A stretch of DNA of 64,000 nt from a bacterium (GCA_963643205.1 CAVIJJ010000002.1:1256-65255), one strand, 5' to 3'. Shown: positions 16,224 through 24,820, numbered from the stretch's first letter. Translations and numbers: made by a program. Notes: a model not told the origin generated them from the sequence alone.

Positions 16224-16738
16224 TGTAGTGCCTTTCGGTAAAGCTTATCCAAAGCGTCCTTCCAGCCGGGCAGCGGCAGTGGAACGGAGTTCAGCGCCGC
16301 GCGGTCAAGAGTTTCGCCATTATAATGAAGCTCCAGATAAAAGTATGGTACGTTCCTTTCCATAAGGTCAAGGAATATAAAATCCCCTTCCCACGCGGGA
16401 AGTTCCCTAAGCTTTTCCTTTTCAAGCCAAACAAGTTCACCCTCGTCGCAGTCCGTAAGCTCACCGGTGAAACCGTTTGCGTAATAAAGGTGCATCATTT
16501 CCTCGGGCCAGGGCGCGCTGTCAAAAAGTATCTCTCCGCACGGGCGCATGCTTGTAAGCGTAAGCCCCGTTTCCTCCTTTGCTTCGCGCAGCATGCATTC
16601 GTCCGCCGTTTCGCCGGGCTCTATATGCCCACCAATGCCGATCCATTTGTCGTGATTAACATCGTGCTTTTTCTTTACGCGGTGAAGCATAAGGTATTTG
16701 CCGTCTTTTTCTATATAACAAAGGGTTGTGTGCTTCAT
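16220..16738 (-). CDS. NUDIX hydrolase (MutT-like)
   Basis: Nudix box GIGGHIEPGETADECMLREAKEETGL. There is a 4-nt overlap with the downstream GNAT gene. Confidence 0.85.
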   Translation of the reverse strand: MKHTTLCYIEKDGKYLMLHRVKKKHDVNHDKWIGIGGHIEPGETADECMLREAKEETGLTLTSMRPCGEILFDSAPWPEEMMHLYYANGFTGELTDCDEGELVWLEKEKLRELPAWEGDFIFLDLMERNVPYFYLELHYNGETLDRAALNSVPLPLPGWKDALDKLYRKALQ

Positions 16739-16755
16739 AAAAACGAAACCTTTCG

Positions 16756-16791
16756 AAAAAATAAGGGAGCCGGCATGGTCTGCCGCTCCCC
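16756..16791 (-). terminator. Rho-independent terminator downstream of tRNA-Arg
   Basis: On the minus strand: GGGAGCGGCA-GACCA-TGCCGGCTCCC followed by TTATTTTTT. Confidence 0.75.
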
Positions 16792-16793
16792 TT

Positions 16794-16870
16794 TGGCGTA
16801 CCCAAAAGGGTTCGAACCTTCGGCCTTCAGAGTCGGAGTCTGACGCTCTATCCAGCTGAGCTATGGGTAC
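16794..16870 (-). tRNA. tRNA-Arg (anticodon CCG)
   Basis: The cloverleaf was folded by hand. The acceptor stem is GTACCCA/TGGGTAC, the D arm GCTC/GAGC and the anticodon stem TCAGA/TCTGA with loop CTCCGAC (CCG). The T arm is GAAGG-TTCGAAC-CCTTT. The CCA end is encoded. Confidence 0.85.
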
Positions 16871-16882
16871 ATGCCGATAATT

Positions 16883-16910
16883 ATTATATCATATCGGCGC
16901 ATTGATGCAA
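16883..16910 (-). promoter_or_regulatory. Promoter for tRNA-Arg (TTGCAT-16-TATAAT on minus strand)
   Basis: The reverse complement reads TTGCAT caatgcgccgatatga TATAAT, 12 nt upstream of the tRNA 5' end. Confidence 0.55.
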
Positions 16911-16929
16911 GCGGGGAATAAAAATTAGC

Positions 16930-16958
16930 TTGCAATGCGGCGCGGAAACAGATACAAT
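16930..16958 (+). promoter_or_regulatory. Promoter for SRP RNA (TTGCAA-17-TACAAT)
   Basis: TTGCAA at 16930-16935, a 17-nt spacer and TACAAT at 16953-16958. Confidence 0.6.
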
Positions 16959-16964
16959 ATCTAT

Positions 16965-17235
16965 GCGCGCCAAGCGGGGAGTTAGCGGTGCCCTGAACCT
17001 GCAATCCGCTATAGCAGGGTGTGATTCCTGCCGTGAGGCAAAGCGACGTAGGGCTGGAATAAGAGCGAAGCGTTGATGGCCGTGTCCTGTGCAATCGAAG
17101 GCCGTGAACCATGTCAGGTCCTGACGGAAGCAGCATTAAGCGGAAAATTCGATGTGCCGCGGGAATGCATGGCCGGAGCTTAGCTTATTGTGTGCCGCCT
17201 ATGGTGCTTTATGTCGAGCGGTGGGTGCGCGCTTT
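16965..17235 (+). ncRNA. ffs: Signal recognition particle RNA, long (Bacillus/Clostridium type with Alu domain)
   Basis: The conserved domain IV reads GUCAGGUCCUGACGGAAGCAGCAUUAAG. The Alu-domain element GUUAGCGGUGCC is present, as are the AUGUGCCGCGGG and GGCCGGAGCUUAGC segments seen in B. subtilis scRNA. The 5' GCGCGCC pairs with the 3' GGUGCGCGC, followed by a T-run. The ends are good to about +/-5 nt. Confidence 0.85.
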
Positions 17236-17284
17236 TTCAAAAAAGCATTGCGCTGCATGTTTTGTGCGGCGCTTTTGTTTTGCC

Positions 17285-17313
17285 TTGACTTATTACCAAA
17301 AGCACAATATAAT
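17285..17313 (+). promoter_or_regulatory. Consensus SigA promoter (TTGACT-17-TATAAT) of the corrinoid operon
   Basis: TTGACT at 17285-17290, a 17-nt spacer and TATAAT at 17308-17313. Confidence 0.65.
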
Positions 17314-17334
17314 ATCGGCGTAAAAATAAACAGC

Positions 17335-17530
17335 GTGCGATAATACGTCGCGTGAAGGCGCGGCGCGGCGGCAAAACAAGCCGCCGGGGAATCGGATGAG
17401 AATTCCGAACTATCCCAGTAACCGTGATGCGGACGAAAAAGCATTTTCAGTCACTGCCGCGTAGAAAGCGGCGGGAAGGCGCTTGAGTAGGGCGAAGCTA
17501 AGTCGGGAAACCTGTTATGGCATGGTAACT
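17335..17530 (+). promoter_or_regulatory. Cobalamin (AdoCbl) riboswitch aptamer
   Basis: The core reads GGGGAAUCGGAUGAGAAUUCCGAAC. It is followed by CACUGCCGCG...GCGGCGGGAAGG and the B12 box AAGUCGGGAAACCUGUUAUGG. The downstream genes are corrinoid uptake and salvage genes. Confidence 0.8.
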
Positions 17531-17575
17531 TCTGGGGTTGAGTGAAACTGTATTGCATAGGCTTGCTTGTGTTAT

Positions 17576-17617
17576 GGTTGCATCTTTTATTCCGGAAGAT
17601 GCGGCCTTTTTATTTTT
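17576..17617 (+). terminator. Intrinsic terminator, expression platform of the riboswitch
   Basis: GGTTGCATCTT-ttattccgg-AAGATGCGGCC followed by TTTTTATTTTT. Confidence 0.7.
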
Positions 17618-17653
17618 ATAAGAAAAAGAACTTTGAAAGGAGTTTTATAAAAC

Positions 17654-18649
17654 ATGAAGAACATGAAAAAACTGCTTGCCGTTCTGCTTGCGGCTGTGAT
17701 GTGCGTGGCTCTCGTGGCCTGCCAGAGCACAACCGAAACCGAAACGACCGAACCTACCGATGCTCCCGTTGAGACCACCGTTCCCGAGGAAACCGCTGCT
17801 CCCGAAGAGACTGCCGCTCCCGAGGAAACCGGCATAACCGTAACGGACATGATGGGCCGCGAGGTTGCGCTTGACGCTCCCGCGAGCAAAATAGTTGTAC
17901 TCAGCGCGGGCGAGTGCGAAATAATATACGCTCTCGGCGCGGGTGAGCTTGTTGTGGGCCGCGGCGAATACTGCGACTATCCCGCCGAGGTTGCCGACGT
18001 TACTTCCGTAAAGTCCGGCTACGAAACCAACGTTGAGGAAATAGTTGCCCTTGAGCCCGATGTGCTTATAACCAGCGCCATGGACCAGGATCAGGAGATA
18101 ATAGCCAAAATAGAAGAGGCCGGCATAAAGGTAGTTGAGTGCTACGCCCAGGATATAGAGGGCGTTTACACCTCCATATCCCTTATCGGTTCCGTTGTAG
18201 GCCGCGACAGCGAGGCTGAGGCCCTTGTTGCTCAGCTGAAGGAAGGCTTTGAGGAGATCGCCGCCAATAAGGTTGAGGGCGAAAAGACCGTTTATTTCGA
18301 GGTTTCTCCGCTTGAGTGGGGTCTTTGGACCGCCGGCAGCGGCACCTTCATGGACGAGATAGCCACCATGATGGGCCTTACCAACTGCTTCAGCGATGTT
18401 GAAGGCTGGGCCGAAATTTCCCAGGAGCAGGTTATAGAGCGCAACCCCGATTACATTGTTACCATAACCATGTATTACGGCGAGGGCGCAACCCCCGTTG
18501 AGGAGATACTTGGCCGCGAGGGCTGGAGCGACATAACCGCCGTTAAGAACAGCGCTATTCTCAACCTTGCCGATAACGAGCTGAGCCGCCCCGCACCCAG
18601 GCTGCTTGACGGTGCCAAGGCGCTTTACGATTTTGTGAGCGCCAACTGA
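17654..18649 (+). CDS. ABC transporter substrate-binding lipoprotein, BtuF/FhuD-like (corrinoid)
   Basis: The lipobox is LVAC and the linker is PEETAAPEETAAPEETG. The protein looks like a class 8 periplasmic binding protein, and the gene is under the B12 riboswitch. Confidence 0.85.
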   Translation: MKNMKKLLAVLLAAVMCVALVACQSTTETETTEPTDAPVETTVPEETAAPEETAAPEETGITVTDMMGREVALDAPASKIVVLSAGECEIIYALGAGELVVGRGEYCDYPAEVADVTSVKSGYETNVEEIVALEPDVLITSAMDQDQEIIAKIEEAGIKVVECYAQDIEGVYTSISLIGSVVGRDSEAEALVAQLKEGFEEIAANKVEGEKTVYFEVSPLEWGLWTAGSGTFMDEIATMMGLTNCFSDVEGWAEISQEQVIERNPDYIVTITMYYGEGATPVEEILGREGWSDITAVKNSAILNLADNELSRPAPRLLDGAKALYDFVSAN

Positions 18650-18672
18650 TAAAATATCGTTAAACCAGCAAT

Positions 18673-18709
18673 GCTCCCGCGGTACAATCTGCCGCGGGAG
18701 CGCTTTTTA
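18673..18709 (+). terminator. Intra-operon hairpin terminator after the binding-protein gene
   Basis: GCTCCCGCGG-tacaatct-(G)CCGCGGGAGC followed by GCTTTTTA. Confidence 0.6.
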
Positions 18710-18738
18710 TCGGGAATAATATATGGTATAATACGCTT

Positions 18739-19779
18739 ATGAACAGAACACGAGAAGGCTTTAGATTATATGAATACATAATATTTGCGGCGGCAACCGT
18801 GCTTACGCTTATTGTTTGCGTTTGCCTCGGCAGCGTTAACGTGCCGCTTAAAAGCACAATAGAAATCTTTCGCCGCGCTCTTCTTGGCCTTGATATGCCA
18901 AGCGAACTGCCATCATCGATTATTCTTACCGTGCGCCTGCCGCGCGTGCTGTGCGTTGCGCTAACGGGCGCGTCCCTTTCGCTTTGCGGCGCGGCCATGC
19001 AGGGCCTTCTGAAAAACCCGCTTGCGGACGGATCAACCCTCGGCGTGTCCTCCGGTGCCAGCCTTGGCGCGGTAATAGCCATAGCGTGCGGAATAACGTT
19101 CCCGTCGCTGCCGTTCGCGGGCACTATGGTTATGGCCGTTATATTCGCGTTCTTATCCCTTATTATAATTCTGGGCCTTGCTTACAGGCTTGATTTTTCC
19201 CTTTCCACAAACACGATAATACTTATAGGCGTTATATATTCAATGTTCGTGTCCAGCGCCATGAGCGTTATAATAACGTTTGCCTCAAATAAGCTTAAGC
19301 AGATTACGTTCTGGACCATGGGCAGCCTTAACGGCTCTACATACGCCAACGCCGCCGCGATAGCTGTTGCCTTCGTTATATTCGGCGGCATGCTTCTCAT
19401 AAAAGCCCGCGAGCTTAACGCGTTCGCAGTCGGAGAGGATAACGCCAGGAGCATAGGTGTGGACGTTAAAAAAACAAAGCTCAGCGTGCTCATCTGCGTT
19501 TCCGTGCTTATAGGCGTTTGCGTATCCATAGGCGGCACAATAGGCTTTGTGGGCCTTGTTACGCCGCATGCCGCGCGCTTTATAGCGGGGCCGAACCACA
19601 AGCGGCTGCTGAGCGCAAGCGCGTTTTCGGGAGCCATATTCCTTATGCTGTGCGATCTTGTCGCCCGCACGCTGCTAAGCCCCATAGAGCTGCCGATAGG
19701 CGTTGTTACAAGCCTCATAGGCGCGGTGGCATTCATAATAATATTCTATCGCTCAAGGGGGAACGGCGGCCGTGCTTGA
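18739..19779 (+). CDS. FecCD/BtuC-family ABC permease
   Basis: 346 aa polytopic membrane protein with the typical BtuC/FecCD sequence (LTGASLSLCGAAMQGLLKNPLADGSTLGVSSGA). Confidence 0.9.
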   Translation: MNRTREGFRLYEYIIFAAATVLTLIVCVCLGSVNVPLKSTIEIFRRALLGLDMPSELPSSIILTVRLPRVLCVALTGASLSLCGAAMQGLLKNPLADGSTLGVSSGASLGAVIAIACGITFPSLPFAGTMVMAVIFAFLSLIIILGLAYRLDFSLSTNTIILIGVIYSMFVSSAMSVIITFASNKLKQITFWTMGSLNGSTYANAAAIAVAFVIFGGMLLIKARELNAFAVGEDNARSIGVDVKKTKLSVLICVSVLIGVCVSIGGTIGFVGLVTPHAARFIAGPNHKRLLSASAFSGAIFLMLCDLVARTLLSPIELPIGVVTSLIGAVAFIIIFYRSRGNGGRA

Positions 19780-20527
19780 GATAAAGAATCTTTGCGTGCG
19801 CTACGGCGCGCTTGATATAGTTAAAGATGTTTCGTTCGCGGTGCGGGATGGCGAATGGCTTATGATAGCGGGCCCCAACGGCGCCGGCAAATCAACCATA
19901 ATAAACGCCGTAACCGGCGGAGTTCCATACACCGGGGAAATACTGCTGAACGGGCAGGACATAAGAAAAAACAAACCTACGGAGCTTGCGAAAAGCGTGG
20001 GCGTGCTTACGCAGAATCATTATGTTGGGTATTCGTTCAGCGTGGAGGAGGTTGTTCGCCTTGGGCGGTACGCCTACTCTCCGGGCGTGCTCGCCAAGCG
20101 CTGCGAGGATGACGAAAAAATGGTTGAGGACGCGCTTGAAAAAACGGGCATGGCGGCGCAGAGAACTCAATCCGTGCTTACACTTTCCGGCGGAGAGCTG
20201 CAAAGAACGTTCCTTGCGCAGGTGTTCGCGCAGAACCCCAAATATCTGCTGCTTGATGAGCCCACAAACCACCTTGACCTTATATACCAGCGGCAGGTGT
20301 TTTCACTTATAAAGGAATGGCTTAAGCAGGGCGACAGGGCGGTTATAAGCGTTGTGCACGATCTATCGCTCGCCAGAAAATACGGCACCCGCGCGCTTCT
20401 TTTGAACCGCGGCCAAACAGCGGCTATAGACAGCGTAGACAAGGCCCTTAGCAGGGAAATGCTTGAACAGGTATACGGCATGGATGTTTACGCGTATATG
20501 AAGGAGATGCTTTCACAATGGCAATAG
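19772..20527 (+). CDS. ABC transporter ATP-binding protein (BtuD/FepC-like)
   Basis: GTG start overlapping the permease gene. Walker A GPNGAGKST, signature LSGGELQR, Walker B LLLDEPTNHLD. Confidence 0.9.
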   Translation: MLEIKNLCVRYGALDIVKDVSFAVRDGEWLMIAGPNGAGKSTIINAVTGGVPYTGEILLNGQDIRKNKPTELAKSVGVLTQNHYVGYSFSVEEVVRLGRYAYSPGVLAKRCEDDEKMVEDALEKTGMAAQRTQSVLTLSGGELQRTFLAQVFAQNPKYLLLDEPTNHLDLIYQRQVFSLIKEWLKQGDRAVISVVHDLSLARKYGTRALLLNRGQTAAIDSVDKALSREMLEQVYGMDVYAYMKEMLSQWQ

Positions 20528-21600
20528 ATTATAAGCAATACATAAGCGAATTAAATAAAGCGATAAGAAAGCCGGACCCCGCCGCGGCGGCGGAGGCCAA
20601 ACGGCGCTGGGACAGCATAGCCAAACCCCTGAACAGCCTGGGCAAGCTTGAAGAGATTATTATAAAGGTTGCGGCGCTTACGGGCAGCGCGGACGTGGAC
20701 ATATCAAAGCGGTGCGTAACAATGTTTTGCTCCGATAACGGAGTGGTTGAGGAAGGCGTTACCCAAACTGGAAGCGACGTTACGGCTAAGGTGGCCGAAA
20801 GCGCGGCTAAGGGCAGAAGCTCCGTTTGCACAATGGCTAAGGTTATAGGCGCGGATGTGTTCCCGATAGATGTTGGCATGCTGACTAGGGTTGACGGCGT
20901 ACGCGACAGGCACGTGGCCAACGGCACAAAGAACTTTACAAAATGCCCCGCGATGACGCATGAGGAAGCCGTGCAGGCCATAAAAGCCGGCATAGATACG
21001 GTTAAAGAGCTGAAGGACAAAGGATATTCGCTTATCGTCACAGGCGAAATGGGAATAGGAAACACAACCACGTCCTCCGCCGTGGCGGTCGCGCTTACGG
21101 GTATGGATATAGAGGACGCTGTCGGCCGCGGCGCGGGACTTAGCGACGCGGGACTCATACGAAAGAAAAACGCGATAGAGCGCGGCATCAAGCTGAATAA
21201 TCCCGATAAAGAGGACGCGCTCGATACTCTTTCTAAGCTTGGCGGCTTTGATATGGCGGCCATGGCGGGCGCCTTCATAGGTGGGGCCATATACGGCGTG
21301 CCCGTGATTATAGATGGGTTCATAAGCAGCGTTGCGGCGCTTATAGCCCAAAGGATTTGCCCGCAAAGCACAATTGCGATGCTTGCCAGCCATTCATCAT
21401 CCGAACCCGCGGCTAAGCGCATGATGAGGGAGCTTTCGCTTGAACCCGTAATTTACGCGGATATGCACCTTGGCGAGGGCACGGGCGGCGTTTGCCTTAT
21501 ACCGCTTATGGACATGGCGCTTAACGTATACAATACGAACAACACGTTTTCGGATATAAACGTCGCCGCATACACTCCTCAAGGGGGAGAGAAAAAGTGA
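20518..21600 (+). CDS. cobT: Nicotinate-nucleotide--dimethylbenzimidazole phosphoribosyltransferase
   Basis: 360 aa with the GEMGIGNTT motif. The sequence is typical of CobT, and the gene overlaps the ATPase gene. Confidence 0.9.
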   Translation: MAIDYKQYISELNKAIRKPDPAAAAEAKRRWDSIAKPLNSLGKLEEIIIKVAALTGSADVDISKRCVTMFCSDNGVVEEGVTQTGSDVTAKVAESAAKGRSSVCTMAKVIGADVFPIDVGMLTRVDGVRDRHVANGTKNFTKCPAMTHEEAVQAIKAGIDTVKELKDKGYSLIVTGEMGIGNTTTSSAVAVALTGMDIEDAVGRGAGLSDAGLIRKKNAIERGIKLNNPDKEDALDTLSKLGGFDMAAMAGAFIGGAIYGVPVIIDGFISSVAALIAQRICPQSTIAMLASHSSSEPAAKRMMRELSLEPVIYADMHLGEGTGGVCLIPLMDMALNVYNTNNTFSDINVAAYTPQGGEKK

Positions 21601-22121
21601 TAACGCTTATGACGGGCGGTTCCGCCTGCGGTAAAAGCTCTTATGCCGAAAGCCTGGCGGTGCGGCTGAGTACCCCGCGCTACTATCTTGCCGCCATGCA
21701 GCCGTTTGGCGAGGGCGGCGCGCAGAAGGTTGAAAAGCACAGGCGCATGCGTGCGGGCAAGGGCTTTGAAACAATAGAAAGATACCGCGATTACGCTTCG
21801 CTTGATTTTGCCGAAAAAGGCGGCACGGCATTGCTTGAATGTATATGCAACCTTACCGCGAACGAAATGTTTTCCGACGACGGCACGATGAGCGACCCAT
21901 ACGAGAAGGTTATAAGCGGGGTTAAGCACATAGCCGGGCAATGTGATAATCTTATTATAATAACAAACGACGTGGGCAGCGATACAGGCGGCTACGGCGA
22001 GGGAACAATGCGCTATGTTCGCGCGCTCGGGCGGATAAACATAGCCCTTGCGGAGATGGCGGATAATGTGTATGAGCTTGTGGCGGGGATACCTATAGTG
22101 CTGAAGGGAGAGCTTTTATGA
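21597..22121 (+). CDS. cobU: Adenosylcobinamide kinase / adenosylcobinamide-phosphate guanylyltransferase
   Basis: P-loop TGGSACGKSS, a His-containing segment VEKHRRMR and a C-terminal AGIPIVLKG. GTG start overlapping the cobT stop. Confidence 0.85.
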   Translation: MITLMTGGSACGKSSYAESLAVRLSTPRYYLAAMQPFGEGGAQKVEKHRRMRAGKGFETIERYRDYASLDFAEKGGTALLECICNLTANEMFSDDGTMSDPYEKVISGVKHIAGQCDNLIIITNDVGSDTGGYGEGTMRYVRALGRINIALAEMADNVYELVAGIPIVLKGELL

Positions 22122-22888
22122 ACGCGCTTAGATCAATAGCAATGGCGTTTTTAATGTTTTCAAGAATTCCCATGCCGCGCGTGGAGTGGAAAAAAGAAAA
22201 TATGCGCTATATGCTCGCGGCGCTTCCGCTTGTGGGCGCGGTTATAGGGGCGGCGCTTTTTATATGGGTGTGGATATGCTTAAAGCTTAAAATAGGTCAA
22301 ATTCTTTTCGCGGCGGGCTTTACGCTTATACCTCTCGCCGTTTCGGGCGGAATACACATGGATGGCTTTTGTGACACGGCGGACGCTTTAAGCAGCCACC
22401 AAACCCCTGAACGCAAAAAGGAAATACTTAAGGATTCCCACGCGGGAGCTTTTGCCGTAATAAGCTTCGGTATGTATCTTATTAGCTATTTCGCGCTTTC
22501 AAACGAGCTTGAGGCGGCGTATAAAACGGCGCTTTATATGGGCATTGTGCATATCGCAAGCCGCGCTGTGGGCGCGCTTATAAGCACGCTTACCGTAAGC
22601 GCGCACGAGGGGCTTTTAAGCTCGTTCACGTCGGCCGGGTCTAAGGCCGCGGTGTGGATTCTTTTGATTGTGTTTATATTATGCGCGGCCGCGCTTATAT
22701 GCATTTCGCCCATTGTCGGCGCGGTTATGGCACTTGCGGCGATTGTAGCGTTTTTCGCGTTAAGGCGCATGGCGATAAAGCAATTCGGCGGCATGAGCGG
22801 CGATATAGCGGGATTCAGCATACAGATGTGTGAGCTTATAATGCTCGCGGCGTTTGTTTTTTGTTCAAAGGCGGTAAATTTATTATGA
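22118..22888 (+). CDS. cobS: Adenosylcobinamide-GDP ribazoletransferase (cobalamin synthase)
   Basis: Polytopic membrane protein with a CobS-type GGIHMDGFCDTADA motif. Confidence 0.9.
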   Translation: MNALRSIAMAFLMFSRIPMPRVEWKKENMRYMLAALPLVGAVIGAALFIWVWICLKLKIGQILFAAGFTLIPLAVSGGIHMDGFCDTADALSSHQTPERKKEILKDSHAGAFAVISFGMYLISYFALSNELEAAYKTALYMGIVHIASRAVGALISTLTVSAHEGLLSSFTSAGSKAAVWILLIVFILCAAALICISPIVGAVMALAAIVAFFALRRMAIKQFGGMSGDIAGFSIQMCELIMLAAFVFCSKAVNLL

Positions 22889-23235
22889 TATTGATAATAG
22901 GCGCGGAAGCAAGCGGAAAAAGAGAATTCGCCAAAGGCCTGGGCTACGGCGAAAATGACTTCACTACCGATCCGTTTTCCGAAAAAAGGGTTGTTTACGG
23001 AATTCAGGATATACTCTTTGAGGATAATACCAGAACGGAAGAAATATACAACGCCGTAAAAAACAAGGATGTTGTTATATGCAACGAGGTTGGCAGCGGC
23101 GTAATACCCGTTGAGCACAGCGTGCGCCTCGGGCGGGAAGCCGCCGGGCGGCTTTGCGTGCTGCTCGCGAAGGATGCCACTGCCGTGGTGCGCATGGTTT
23201 GCGGAATACCAACGGTGATAAAGGGGAAAATATGA
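22885..23235 (+). CDS. Truncated CobU-like P-loop protein (mini-CobU, 116 aa)
   Basis: MILIIGAEASGKREF aligns to the CobU P-loop. VVICNEVGSGVIPV...GRLCVLLAKDATAVVRMVCGIPTVIKG aligns to the CobU C-terminus. The central His-bearing segment is missing. ATG 22885 overlaps the cobS stop (ATGA). Confidence 0.55.
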   Translation: MILIIGAEASGKREFAKGLGYGENDFTTDPFSEKRVVYGIQDILFEDNTRTEEIYNAVKNKDVVICNEVGSGVIPVEHSVRLGREAAGRLCVLLAKDATAVVRMVCGIPTVIKGKI

Positions 23236-23834
23236 GAATATATTTAATAAGGCACGCGCAAACGGAAGGAAACGCCCTTAAAAGATACATAGGCGTTACG
23301 GATTCCCCGTTAAGTAGGGACGGCATAGCAATGGCGCGGGCCGCCGGCGGGGACAGCGGGCTTAAAAGCGTTATAGTAACCCCGCTTTCAAGAACTCAGC
23401 ATACCGCAAGAATACTTTTCCCAAACGCGGAGCAGCGCATAGAGAGCGGCATAACCGAAATGGACTTTGGCGACTTTGAAAACCGGAGCGCGGACGATAT
23501 GGTAAACGATGCCGACTACCGCGCCTGGGTTGACGGAAATTGCCTTGGCCGCTGCCCAAACGGGGAAAGCATAGCGGAATTCAGCGAAAGGGTTACAAAG
23601 GCTTTCTGGCAGTGCGTGCGCCGGGCCGAGAATGAAGGGGAAGAAAGGCTTGTTTTCGTTGTGCACGGCGGGGTTATAATGGCCCTTATGAGCGTACTGG
23701 GCAGGCCTAAAAAGAGCTTTTACGATTGGTATTTGCCAAACTGCGCCTGCGTGCAGGCGGATACCGCCAAGGACGCAAAAACCGGCGAAGAATATTTGGA
23801 CAACGTTATAATAAAGGAGAATGTGTCGCTTTGA
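23232..23834 (+). CDS. cobC: Histidine-phosphatase family protein, probable alpha-ribazole phosphatase
   Basis: Starts MRIYLIRHAQTEGN (RHG-type motif) and has a later VVHGG. It sits in the cob context, with an ATGA overlap to the upstream gene. Confidence 0.75.
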   Translation: MRIYLIRHAQTEGNALKRYIGVTDSPLSRDGIAMARAAGGDSGLKSVIVTPLSRTQHTARILFPNAEQRIESGITEMDFGDFENRSADDMVNDADYRAWVDGNCLGRCPNGESIAEFSERVTKAFWQCVRRAENEGEERLVFVVHGGVIMALMSVLGRPKKSFYDWYLPNCACVQADTAKDAKTGEEYLDNVIIKENVSL

Positions 23835-23869
23835 CGCTGAATCTTGTAAACATAGTATCCAATTTGCCT

Positions 23870-24820
23870 ATGCTTGCCCCGATTGGCGGCAAGGATGGGT
23901 TTTATGACTATATTCATAATGAATGCCATTGCGATGGGGCGGAGGTTATATCCTGCCCGCCGTACGGCACGGAAATCGTGCGCGGCTGCGCTAAGGGCTA
24001 TCATCTTATTTTTTATCCGAATTGGATAGATTTTTATAACGGCAATACGGATTATCTGAAGGAACATTTCGGCAGCGAGCAAAGCTGGCGCGAATATTAT
24101 CTTTGCGCGAACGCGGATGAGTTTGAAAAGCAGATAGGCGCCGATATGGACCGCGCGCAGGATTTGGGGGCGGAGTATGCCGTTTTCCATTGCGCGGATG
24201 TTTCAAACGAGGAGGTCCTCGGCGGCTACACGATTCACTCAAACGAGGAAATTATAAGGAATACGGCAATTCTTCTTAACCGGGTAACGCGCGGCAAACA
24301 ATATAAATTCAAGCTTCTTATAGAAAACCTTTTCGTGCCGGGAATGACGCTTATGAACAGCGACGAAACAGAGCTTATGCTTGGCCTTATCGAATACGAA
24401 AACAAGGGCATAATGCTCGATACCGGCCACCTTATGGGCGCGCTCAGGCTAAGCGGACGATTAACGGCCCAAAACGAGGAGGGGGCCGCGGATGCCATAG
24501 CGGATGTCATCGCGGCCCATAGCAGGGTAAAAAGCAGTATAAGGGGCATACATCTGCATAAGTGCAGCCTTACCATGCCCATTGAGGAATATAAAAAACC
24601 GATTGTGCCCAAGGGCACGTTTGATGAAATGTCGGCCCAATGCTACGCGCGCATAATGGCGCTTGATACTCACGCTCCGCTTGAAACGGGCGCGATGAAT
24701 AGGGTTATAAGCGAGCTTAACCCGGATTTCATCGTGCATGAGCTGAGCGCCCACACACCCAAGGATAAGGCCGAGGCGGTAAAAAAACAGCTTAAATCCC
24801 TTCGCGGCTGCTGCCCATAA
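23870..24820 (+). CDS. Xylose-isomerase-like TIM-barrel protein (sugar phosphate isomerase/epimerase family)
   Basis: Motifs AEYAVFHCADV, LLIENLF, IMLDTGHL and GIHLHK. The start is uncertain: either ATG 23870 or TTG 23831, which lies 10 nt after AAGGAGA. The ORF-track start 23726 overlaps cobC and was rejected. Confidence 0.6.
   Translation: MLAPIGGKDGFYDYIHNECHCDGAEVISCPPYGTEIVRGCAKGYHLIFYPNWIDFYNGNTDYLKEHFGSEQSWREYYLCANADEFEKQIGADMDRAQDLGAEYAVFHCADVSNEEVLGGYTIHSNEEIIRNTAILLNRVTRGKQYKFKLLIENLFVPGMTLMNSDETELMLGLIEYENKGIMLDTGHLMGALRLSGRLTAQNEEGAADAIADVIAAHSRVKSSIRGIHLHKCSLTMPIEEYKKPIVPKGTFDEMSAQCYARIMALDTHAPLETGAMNRVISELNPDFIVHELSAHTPKDKAEAVKKQLKSLRGCCP

Noticed and set aside
16794-16870. tRNA-Arg as a possible genomic-island integration site
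   Set aside because: There is no integrase, no direct repeat of the tRNA 3' end and no compositional break nearby. The neighbours are housekeeping genes and ffs.
16861-17444. ORFs of 63-91 aa overlapping the SRP RNA and riboswitch leader
   Set aside because: The region is explained by the ffs gene, its promoter and the cobalamin riboswitch. There are no RBSs.
24792-24820. 29-nt convergent overlap of the TIM-barrel gene and the degV 3' end
   Set aside because: It is probably just slightly extended C-termini. No regulatory structure is evident and there is nothing to test beyond annotation.
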